17,207 nucleotides of DNA, from assembly GCA_039794845.1 (NCBI GenBank), contig JAUQVK010000088.1:1-17207 (forward strand), given 5' to 3'. Below the pieces are notes generated by a model. It did not search any database, had not been told where the DNA came from, and saw nothing but the letters and a program-made list of their open reading frames with translations. Every line of letters starts with the position of its first letter. Position 1 is the first letter of the stretch. This document shows positions 1 to 6,589 of the stretch, piece by piece. Made by a program: the position numbers and the translations under genes. Source of the DNA: Thermostichus sp. DRC_bins_24 (GTDB lineage Bacteria; Cyanobacteriota; Cyanobacteriia; Thermostichales; Thermostichaceae).

Positions 1-61
1 GTTGCTCAGCGTAGACACGGGTCCTTGTTTTTGTGGGGTGGATCCCTGGTTTGGATTTTAG
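1..61 (-). repeat. Toxin-cassette leader repeat, copy at the window edge (its homology-box part is cut off)
   Basis: 1-61 aligns with 989-1050 with about 10 differences in 62 positions (manual alignment). Both copies lie exactly 84 nt beyond the stop of an immunity-like gene. Confidence 0.85.
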
Positions 62-145
62 TGTAGCGAAGGGTTCTGGTTTGCATATACTCACTCAAAC
101 GAATTATGGAACTGTTCTTGAGAACTGAAAACTCTTTTGCCTGAT

Positions 146-523
146 CTACTGGTGGTTCTTGTTGTCTAACATTGAGCAATATTCTAGATATTCCTCAACG
201 GAAGTAAAATTATGCCTGTCAAGATTGCGATTTTCGCCAAAGTAAACGACTTCATAATCATCACCTAACTCATCAATTAACTGCTTCCATATCTCTACGC
301 CTTCCTTGTCAAAGGCTTCCTGCTCCTCTAACGGAGGTTCAGGAGAGTTGCCAGGATCATCCCAATCAAGCCAGCCCTCATATATGCTGACCCAATTATA
401 TATTCGTTTGCTTAGTTTTTCTGAAATGTGAAGACTTGAATGTTTAATCATTCCTCCTTTTGCCCATAAGCCTGATGAACAATAATCTGCCATTAATCTA
501 ATTATTTTTTTCATATTCTTCAC
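146..523 (-). CDS. Putative immunity protein of the orphan toxin cassette
   Basis: Small, acidic, AT-rich 125-aa ORF. Its GTG start overlaps the toxin-tip stop (GTGA at 520-523); an alternative ATG is at 514. The pattern IRLMADY..GLW...W...Y...DP...F..EG..IW..L..EL...YEVVYF resembles small proteins found behind polymorphic toxin tips (from memory). The immunity role is inferred from position. Confidence 0.7.
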   Translation of the reverse strand: MKNMKKIIRLMADYCSSGLWAKGGMIKHSSLHISEKLSKRIYNWVSIYEGWLDWDDPGNSPEPPLEEQEAFDKEGVEIWKQLIDELGDDYEVVYFGENRNLDRHNFTSVEEYLEYCSMLDNKNHQ

Positions 524-837
524 GATGGTAATGGGTAAGAAGACACGATATATCCATTGTCTGAAACAACAATGATATACTCTTTTCCGTTAACTTCATA
601 GACAGATCCAAATCCCCCTTTTTCGCCTGGCTGAGTGTATTTAACACTATCTTGCGATATTCTTTGGTAGATGAAATTGATAATTTGAGTTTCTGGGATA
701 CCCCTGTTTACAAAATCTTGTCCATGCCTAGCAATAATATGTTGATATCCACTGGCAGAATTTCCTTCCTCCAAAAATACAACTGTTACATTAGGTACGG
801 AGATAATTCTTCCTCTCTCAACCTCTCCAATGCACAA
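520..837 (-). CDS. Orphan polymorphic toxin C-terminal domain (GxxHIxxRH RNase-like); probably a silent cassette
   Basis: Motifs VFLEEGNSASGYQHIIARH and C-terminal NGYIVSSYP. The frame is open upstream to 993 (…LCKLQDPETNGKVVKFSPEKVLCIG…) with no ATG, so the TTG at 837 is only an ORF-caller start. It is preceded by a 45-bp copy of the main toxin gene. Confidence 0.7.
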   Translation of the reverse strand: MCIGEVERGRIISVPNVTVVFLEEGNSASGYQHIIARHGQDFVNRGIPETQIINFIYQRISQDSVKYTQPGEKGGFGSVYEVNGKEYIIVVSDNGYIVSSYPLPS

Positions 838-947
838 GACCTTTTCAGGTGAGAATTTGACAACCTTCCCATTCGTCTCTGGATCCTGTAGCTTACAGAG
901 CAGCTCTGTGAACAGAGGATCGGATCTGTTACAGGTATATCTACCTT

Positions 948-992
948 GGTGATCCCCTGTCTGCCATTCAGTGTTGCCCCTGCCTGGGGTTG
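948..992 (-). repeat. 45-bp homology box, copy of 2085-2129 of the full-length toxin gene
   Basis: 41/45 identical to 2085-2129. It translates as QPQAGATLNGRQGIT versus QPQAGATLNGRQEIT in the 719-aa protein. Confidence 0.95.
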
Positions 993-1050
993 CTCAGCCT
1001 AGACAAGGATCCTTATTTTGTTGGGGGTGGATCCCTTGTTTGGGGTTTAG
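989..1050 (-). repeat. Toxin-cassette leader repeat with imperfect inverted repeat
   Basis: Direct repeat of 1-61. The arms agacaaggatcc (1001-1012) and ggatcccttgttt (1029-1041) can pair with one bulge and one mismatch. Confidence 0.85.
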
Positions 1051-1134
1051 ACGGGTAGGTTGGGATCCAGAGGGTAGTCGTGCGCATGAGGAGTTCCCTT
1101 AAGTAATCTCAAACCATTTTGAGCTGGAGGCCAA

Positions 1135-1605
1135 TTACAACTTAAAACTATTCTTGAAGTTTGCATAAGCCATATCAAAATCGGAGAAATATGAGCCTTC
1201 CTCTCCTGATCTATCAAATCTTTTCTCGTTTAACAAGAGAAACTGATTCAAACTTTGCCACGTACATTGAATTAATTCCTCATCATTTAGATCTTCGATA
1301 TGGATCCTTCCTCCTAACCTTGAGGTTACTGAGATATGATTTGCAGAGCGGATCATCCAAAATCCAAAAGAGGAATCAGCTCCAATATATTCGTGCTCTT
1401 TCTTTTTTTGAGTGATAAACTTTTCTATCCCGTCCAGAAGCCAAGTTATGGACATCATTAAATAAAGATTGCGCGACCCTGTTTTTGAGCTGCAAGAGCC
1501 AAAACTGCCTTGCAATGTGATATGTCCATAGTCAAGATATTCGATAAATTTCTTGTCAGGAGAACATTCTTCGAAAATGAAAGATAACATCGTGCTTGTC
1601 CTCAC
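1135..1605 (-). CDS. Putative cognate immunity protein of the full-length toxin
   Basis: AT-rich 156-aa ORF directly downstream of the toxin gene with a GTGA start/stop overlap (1602-1605); an alternative ATG is at 1590. No signal peptide is visible. The function is inferred from context. Confidence 0.7.
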   Translation of the reverse strand: MRTSTMLSFIFEECSPDKKFIEYLDYGHITLQGSFGSCSSKTGSRNLYLMMSITWLLDGIEKFITQKKKEHEYIGADSSFGFWMIRSANHISVTSRLGGRIHIEDLNDEELIQCTWQSLNQFLLLNEKRFDRSGEEGSYFSDFDMAYANFKNSFKL

Positions 1606-3761
1606 TGGGATCTATTTGGAAATATTGTGATTACCTCGCAAGTATTTGCATTGATGACAAGTATAACTCGATCTCTCCTACCATTAATAACCATCCTATC
1701 CTCAAAAACCTGTACAGGATTTCCTGGTGTAGAAATTCTATTCGTCTTCACCAAGCTAATTGCAGCACTTTCTAACTCGGCGCGAGTGGTTCCAGGTTCG
1801 AATAAATCTCCTGGGCCGTTGGGATGATTACCTGTAACGTGCCTTGCGTCAATGTGAATCCAACCTCGCCTCAAATTGCCATCAGGAATGAAAGGCTGGA
1901 TCCTCCCTCCGCGAGGTAAAGCCGCTGCACATCTACATTCATCTGGAATATCTGGGCGGACAACACGCGATAAAGACTCGGTTTGAGGTAGAGAACACAC
2001 ATCCTCCACCGAGCCATCCCGGAGAGTGAAGTCAATCCCCGCCAACAGCCTCAGCTCCGGGTCGCCCTCAGCCCTGGCATTGAGGGTAATCTCCTGTCTG
2101 CCATTCAGCGTTGCCCCTGCCTGCGGTTGGCTAACCTGGATGACCACATCCTGCGGCAACAGATCCAGCTCCGCCTTGGCATAGAAATTCAGCCCTATCT
2201 TCGGAAGAGTAAACAGCTTCAGCCGGGGAGCCGGGCCAATCGAGCCCCAAATCTCCGCCTCAATCTCAGGATTGACCCCCACCTTGAGAAACCCACTCAG
2301 GTCAATCTGACCTTCCAGGATCCGACTGAATTGCCCCGCCTCAAACTCCGGCGTATTGTCCCACCCAGAGCTATCCCCATAGCGAATCCGCTGGATAAAC
2401 CGTCCCCCACCGTAGGCCACCCCCACCCGGCCATTGGTGACCGACAGCTCCGCCCCCGCCTCTACCGGGATGCTGCCCAGCACCTCAAACCCCACCCATA
2501 CCGATACCGGCCCAATCTGCCCGACAAAAAAAGCAGGCACCGGAATCAAGGTGAGGGGCGGATCCGGGAATCGCTGCCTGAGACTCCACTCCGCCAAACC
2601 ATTCAGCTCCAGATAGGTGCTCGCCTCGATCTCCCTCAGCCCCGCCCCCATCTCAAAGCGGCGGATTCCCGAAAAGAGTTTCCCCTCCTCTTGAAACTCA
2701 AGCCGGGGCGACTCAAACACCGGACAAAAGCCTGCTTCTGCTACCGCCTGCGCCTCCAACTGCAGCGTTAGAATCGATTCCAGTTGTTTGAGGCCTGGAA
2801 AAGGGGAAGGAATGACAATCGTGTCGGTATAAGAAGGGATCCCCGGCAATGGCACCGTCAAGCTACGGCGAATCGGGTGAGCACACTCTCCGGCTCGCCC
2901 TTGAGCCGGTAAGCGCTGTATTTCCCCATTCGGCCCTAGTTGCACCGCCTGCCATTCTGAGATCACTCCCTGTTTGATCACCTGGCGGGGTAGAGCCAAT
3001 TGCACCTGGGCTCGCAGCCGCTCCCCTTGTTCACTCAAAGCCAGGATTTGCACGGGGCGCACCCGCAAGCCTGCCCCCAGCACCACATCTCCCACCCGTA
3101 GTGTGGGCAAGCGCCCATCCGCTTTCAGCTCCAAGATCCCTTGGGTAGGGTCAAAAGCCAGTATGGTTTCGGCCAGCTCATCCCCGAGCACCTTCACATG
3201 GGGTTGAATCACCGCTTCTGGGGTGCTGACGGTAAAGCTAATCCGTGCTTGCGACTGTCCCGCCTCTCCGACTTGGGCTGTGAGGGTTTCCATCCCCACC
3301 CGCTCGGCTGTGTAGACCAGCTGGGATCCCTGTCCCAATACCCGACCGGTGCTGTCTCGCCATTCGGTGGCCTCGGAGGCGGCTTGCAAAGTGATGCTCT
3401 GGCCAATGGTGAGCGGGATCCCGTCGAGGGCCTCGGCATTGAGAATGAGCGCAGGGCCAGAGGGCTCTCCCGGAGAAGTTGGGGTAAGGGTGGGTGTTTG
3501 GCTAGGGAGGGGGATCCCGGGAGGGGTAGAGATTCCGGGAGTGGAAGGGTTGGCCCCTATCGGAGTGGGATTTTGGCTAGGGATCCCTGGAGTGGGTTGC
3601 GAAATGGGATTAGGACTTTGAGCCGGGGGCAGCAAAGACTGCACCCCACCGCCGCCACCACAGCCTTTGAGCAGCAGTACCACCAGCAAAGCCAGCAATA
3701 GCATTCCCAGCGGGAGCATCTGCCGCCAACGACGCACCAGCTGTCTCCATAGCGGCCCCAT
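1602..3761 (-). CDS. Predicted lipoprotein with C-terminal polymorphic toxin (RNase-like) domain
   Basis: Arg-rich N-terminus, hydrophobic stretch and LLKG-C34 lipobox-like site. This is followed by a Gly run, a Pro/Ser/Thr linker, an Ig/PKD-like segment (EWRDSTGRVLGQG…), a long beta-rich region and a second Ig-like start (VVIQVSQPQAGATL…ITLNARA). It ends in an AT-rich tip with GWIHIDARH … VITIFP. Confidence 0.75.
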   Translation of the reverse strand: MGPLWRQLVRRWRQMLPLGMLLLALLVVLLLKGCGGGGGVQSLLPPAQSPNPISQPTPGIPSQNPTPIGANPSTPGISTPPGIPLPSQTPTLTPTSPGEPSGPALILNAEALDGIPLTIGQSITLQAASEATEWRDSTGRVLGQGSQLVYTAERVGMETLTAQVGEAGQSQARISFTVSTPEAVIQPHVKVLGDELAETILAFDPTQGILELKADGRLPTLRVGDVVLGAGLRVRPVQILALSEQGERLRAQVQLALPRQVIKQGVISEWQAVQLGPNGEIQRLPAQGRAGECAHPIRRSLTVPLPGIPSYTDTIVIPSPFPGLKQLESILTLQLEAQAVAEAGFCPVFESPRLEFQEEGKLFSGIRRFEMGAGLREIEASTYLELNGLAEWSLRQRFPDPPLTLIPVPAFFVGQIGPVSVWVGFEVLGSIPVEAGAELSVTNGRVGVAYGGGRFIQRIRYGDSSGWDNTPEFEAGQFSRILEGQIDLSGFLKVGVNPEIEAEIWGSIGPAPRLKLFTLPKIGLNFYAKAELDLLPQDVVIQVSQPQAGATLNGRQEITLNARAEGDPELRLLAGIDFTLRDGSVEDVCSLPQTESLSRVVRPDIPDECRCAAALPRGGRIQPFIPDGNLRRGWIHIDARHVTGNHPNGPGDLFEPGTTRAELESAAISLVKTNRISTPGNPVQVFEDRMVINGRRDRVILVINANTCEVITIFPNRSQ
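2085..2129 (-). repeat. 45-bp homology box within the full-length toxin gene
   Basis: 41/45 identical to 948-992. It lies shortly before the switch to the AT-rich toxin tip. Confidence 0.95.
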
Positions 3762-3975
3762 GCTTCAATCCTTTAGAAAGGACTCACACCCAGTTACAGC
3801 ACTCAACCGCTCCCCATCTCAAGCCTGCTGCGGAACTCTTGCTAAGCCATCCCGGATCCCTCAAGGACATCGGGCCTTAGATCCTTACAGGCAGGGATCC
3901 CAGTCTTAACTGAGCAGAACGACAAATGTATTGAGGAATACGGAGAGGGGCTTGAAGTGATTGGCGAACGCCCTG

Positions 3976-4004
3976 AACCTAAATAGACTATTTTTCAAAG
4001 TCAA
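3976..4004 (-). promoter_or_regulatory. Candidate sigma70 promoter for the toxin operon
   Basis: On the minus strand, TTGACT (4004-3999), 17 nt, TAGGTT (3981-3976). The palindrome AAATAG-A-CTATTT (3981-3993) overlaps the spacer. Confidence 0.45.
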
Positions 4005-4043
4005 GAGGAAAAATAACAAGAAATGTGAAGAGGTAGCATAACC

Positions 4044-4254
4044 CCTCGGGCCGGTTTGTACGGCCTTGCCCATGGACTGGCGAAACCCTGGCGGGTGTGC
4101 CTGGCAGTTTGGGTTATGCAGCGAAAGCCCTAAGCCTGTCTGCCCTAGATCCTTGGTACGAGTGGCTGCTGACTGTGGTTACGATTGGGACAACCTGTGT
4201 TTGGTGCTGGTGTTGATCCTGTTCGCTGGGGTGAACCATGTCGCGCTACCCTAA
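4044..4254 (+). pseudogene. mrpD: Collapsed remnant of mrpD (Na+/H+ antiporter subunit D)
   Basis: Three adjacent fragments in three different frames: PRAGLYGLAHGLAK (4044-4085), TLAGVPGSLGYAAKALSLSALDPWYEWLLTVVTIGTT (4085-4195) and LCLVLVLILFAGVNHVALP* (4195-4254). They resemble, in order, the HGLxK, G-x-P-xx-G-F-x-x-K and C-terminal helix motifs of MrpD/NuoM-like subunits. The last fragment overlaps the mrpE start. Confidence 0.7.
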
Positions 4255-4645
4255 GTTGGGTTTATTAGAAATTGGCCTGCGGCTTTTGATTTGGTTTTTG
4301 CTGACGGGCGATCTGAGCTGGGCCAATATTGCCATCGGCGTCGCTGCAACACTGCTGCTGCCGCGTCAGGCCTCAGCCCCCGTGCAGTGGCGCGACTGGG
4401 GGCGTGTGCTCAAGGAAATTGTGCTCGCCATTCCGCAGGCCTACCGGGAAGCCTTTGAGATGATCCTCAAGCCCCACACTGTTGAGGCGGTTGTTCACAA
4501 ACAGGCGCTCCCCAATCGTTCGGCGGGGTTGGTGTTTCTCGATATCTTTTTGATTACCTTCACGCCCAAGACCATCGTGCTTGATTGCGATGCCCAACAG
4601 GGCACCTATGAGGTGCATGTGGTGAAGCCCCGGGAGGACGTGTGA
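4238..4645 (+). CDS. mrpE: Na+/H+ antiporter subunit E (MrpE/MnhE)
   Basis: IWFLLTGDLSWANIAIG and ITFTPKTIV motifs; first of five tightly spaced small membrane genes. Confidence 0.85.
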   Translation: MSRYPKLGLLEIGLRLLIWFLLTGDLSWANIAIGVAATLLLPRQASAPVQWRDWGRVLKEIVLAIPQAYREAFEMILKPHTVEAVVHKQALPNRSAGLVFLDIFLITFTPKTIVLDCDAQQGTYEVHVVKPREDV

Positions 4646-4893
4646 ATTTACTGCTGTTTCTACTGACCCTGACGCTGTGCTTGCCGCTGTATGCCGCTTG
4701 GCTGAAGGAGGATATTTGGCAGACAATGCTGGCATTTGCCAGTTTGGCCACCAAAACATCCATCATGATTTTGGTGGTGTCGGTGCTGCGGGATGATTGG
4801 ATGATCGGTATTGTCGGGGTTTTGATGTTGTCGGTGGGGAATGCGGCGCTGATGCTTTTGGCCCATGTGCTCAAACGTCTGGAAATGCTCTAG
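4642..4893 (+). CDS. mrpF: Na+/H+ antiporter subunit F (MrpF-like)
   Basis: 83 aa with three hydrophobic segments; GTGA overlap with mrpE; positioned between E and G. Confidence 0.75.
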   Translation: MNLLLFLLTLTLCLPLYAAWLKEDIWQTMLAFASLATKTSIMILVVSVLRDDWMIGIVGVLMLSVGNAALMLLAHVLKRLEML

Positions 4894-4901
4894 GGGGTAG
4901 C

Positions 4902-5183
4902 ATGGATTGGCTGGTCGAGGGGTTGAGCTATGTATTGTTCGCCATCGGTGTGCTGTTTTGGCTTTGGGGAACGGCACCCCTGGTTGGGGATCGCTCGATT
5001 TTGTTTAAGCTGCACAGTCTTTCGGTGTCGGATACCTTGGGGTCGATGAGCATCATGATCGGGCTGTTGTTGCGGATCCCGCGTGAGTGGCCCCTGCTGG
5101 TGCTGGCGCTGATTTCATTGGCGATTTGGAACACGATTTTGGGCTATGTGCTGGCGTTTTGCTCGCAGCGCAAGTCGTTGTAG
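4902..5183 (+). CDS. mrpG: Na+/H+ antiporter subunit G (MrpG/MnhG)
   Basis: KLHSLSVSDTLG motif. The ATG at 4902 follows a GGGGG purine tract, 8 nt after the mrpF stop; the longer 4797 start was rejected. Confidence 0.85.
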   Translation: MDWLVEGLSYVLFAIGVLFWLWGTAPLVGDRSILFKLHSLSVSDTLGSMSIMIGLLLRIPREWPLLVLALISLAIWNTILGYVLAFCSQRKSL

Positions 5184-5192
5184 GAGCGTGCG

Positions 5193-5264
5193 TTCGCGTT
5201 AGCGTTGCGGAGCAATTTCGCGTTAGCGTTGCGGAGCAATTTCGCGTTAGCGTTGCGGAGCAAT
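5193..5264 (+). repeat. Perfect tandem repeat 3 x 24 bp (TTCGCGTTAGCGTTGCGGAGCAAT)
   Basis: Identical units at 5193-5216, 5217-5240 and 5241-5264, with no spacers. The array ends immediately before the ATG at 5265. Confidence 0.97.
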
Positions 5265-5786
5265 ATGGAAGAGACTGTGTTGCTGGTGATTGTGTTGCTG
5301 TTGCCCCTGACGGCAAGCTTGGTGGTCACGCAGGTGAATCCCTATCATGCTTTGGTGATGCGAGGGATCCTGGGGGCCATTGCGGCTTTGATCTATGCCC
5401 TGTTTGGCGCGGCGGATGTGGCGCTAACTGAGGCGCTGGTGGGCACGATGCTTTCGATTACGCTCTACGCCATTGCGGTGCGTTCGTCGTTGAGTATGCG
5501 TCTGGGGGTTGTCGAAGGCAGTCCTGTGCTGGATGTCAGTACCTTAGCGGCGCGGCAGCTGTTGCAGCAGGTGCGCAAGGGGTTGCAGCCGCAGCATATG
5601 CGTCTAGAATTGGTGGCCTATGGGAGTCCTGAAGCGTTGACGGCGGCCCTTCGCAATGGCGAGGTGCACAGCATTGCCCTTGAGCCCACCGACGAGACGG
5701 TTGGCTATCGCCTGATGACGCGCGTACCTCGTCTGCAGGCTATTTTGGCGCAGCAAACCCTCATTTCTGAGGTGATCGCGGCATGA
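5265..5786 (+). CDS. DUF4040-domain Mrp antiporter subunit (MnhB-related N-terminal part)
   Basis: GAADVALTEALVGT motif. The ATG at 5265 is preferred over the TTG at 5205, which lies inside the repeat. Confidence 0.8.
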   Translation: MEETVLLVIVLLLPLTASLVVTQVNPYHALVMRGILGAIAALIYALFGAADVALTEALVGTMLSITLYAIAVRSSLSMRLGVVEGSPVLDVSTLAARQLLQQVRKGLQPQHMRLELVAYGSPEALTAALRNGEVHSIALEPTDETVGYRLMTRVPRLQAILAQQTLISEVIAA

Positions 5787-6457
5787 AATGGCTCTACGGT
5801 GTGGCAACGCTGGTGGTGGCGTTATGGCTGATTATCGCCGTTCACGCGAGCGGGACAGAGTGGGCTATTTCCCCGACGGTGGACGCGGTGAAGACTTTGG
5901 CAACCGAGAGTGGTGTGCCCAATGCGGTGACGGGCCTGATTTTGCGCAATCGTCTTTACGATACGGTGTTTGAAGTTGTCGTGTTTTCGACAGCAATTTT
6001 GGGCGCAAAATACCTGCTGGCGGATGAGCAGCCGACGGCAAGTGTGGCTCAGTTTAGCGATATTCCCTCCGTGGTGCTGGCGCGGGTGGGGGCAACCATT
6101 TCCGCCTTGATTGCGGTCGAGCTGGCGATCCGGGGGCATCTCAGTCCGGGCGGTGGTTTTGCGGCGGGGGTGGCCGGGGGTACGGCGATTGGGTTGATTG
6201 CGATTACCGCCTCTTCGACGTGGATGGAGGAGATCTACACGCAGTGGCGAGCCGCGATGTGGGAGAAGCTGTCGGTGGTGGCGTTTATCGGTGTTGCGAT
6301 CGTTGCTCTTGCCGGTTGGCAGTTGCCCACGGGCGAGCTGGGGGCTCTGATCAGCGGCGGCTGGATCCCGATTCTTAATATCTTGGTGGCGATCAAGGTG
6401 GCGTTGGGATCCTGGGCCGCGATTTTAATCTTTATCCGCTACCGGGGTTTGTTGTGA
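5783..6457 (+). CDS. mrpB: Na+/H+ antiporter subunit B (MrpB/MnhB)
   Basis: PNAVTGLILRNRLYDTVFE and GHLSPGGGFAAG motifs; ATGA overlap with the upstream gene. Confidence 0.88.
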   Translation: MKWLYGVATLVVALWLIIAVHASGTEWAISPTVDAVKTLATESGVPNAVTGLILRNRLYDTVFEVVVFSTAILGAKYLLADEQPTASVAQFSDIPSVVLARVGATISALIAVELAIRGHLSPGGGFAAGVAGGTAIGLIAITASSTWMEEIYTQWRAAMWEKLSVVAFIGVAIVALAGWQLPTGELGALISGGWIPILNILVAIKVALGSWAAILIFIRYRGLL

Positions 6458-6589
6458 AGACTTAAATGGGTTGATGAGAGGCATCCCTGTCCCGATAAAG
6501 TCATCTTGCACCCGTTCAAAATCTGAGTCGTTGCCAACGAGGTTAGAAACCTTTAGCTAATCGGCGGGTAGACCACAGGTCGTTCCCAG

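Noticed and set aside
989..1050. Integron attC site at cassette junctions
   Set aside because: It forms a bulged hairpin, but I find no properly placed RYYYAAC/GTTRRRY core sites, and there is no integrase in the window.
1602..3761. Assignment as CdiA, Rhs, MafB or a T6SS/T7SS effector
   Set aside because: No haemagglutinin or YD repeats, DPxG, VENN, PAAR, LXG or Hint motifs are visible, and no partner secretion gene is adjacent.
4066..4254. 62-aa ORF as a real small gene
   Set aside because: It is better explained as one frame crossing the mrpD remnant; only its last ~19 codons look like genuine coding sequence.
4797..4901. Longer N-terminus for mrpG
   Set aside because: It would overlap mrpF by about 100 nt with non-homologous sequence; the ATG at 4902 fits the operon spacing.
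5193..5264. CRISPR array
   Set aside because: The units are directly adjacent with no spacers, and there are no cas genes in the window.
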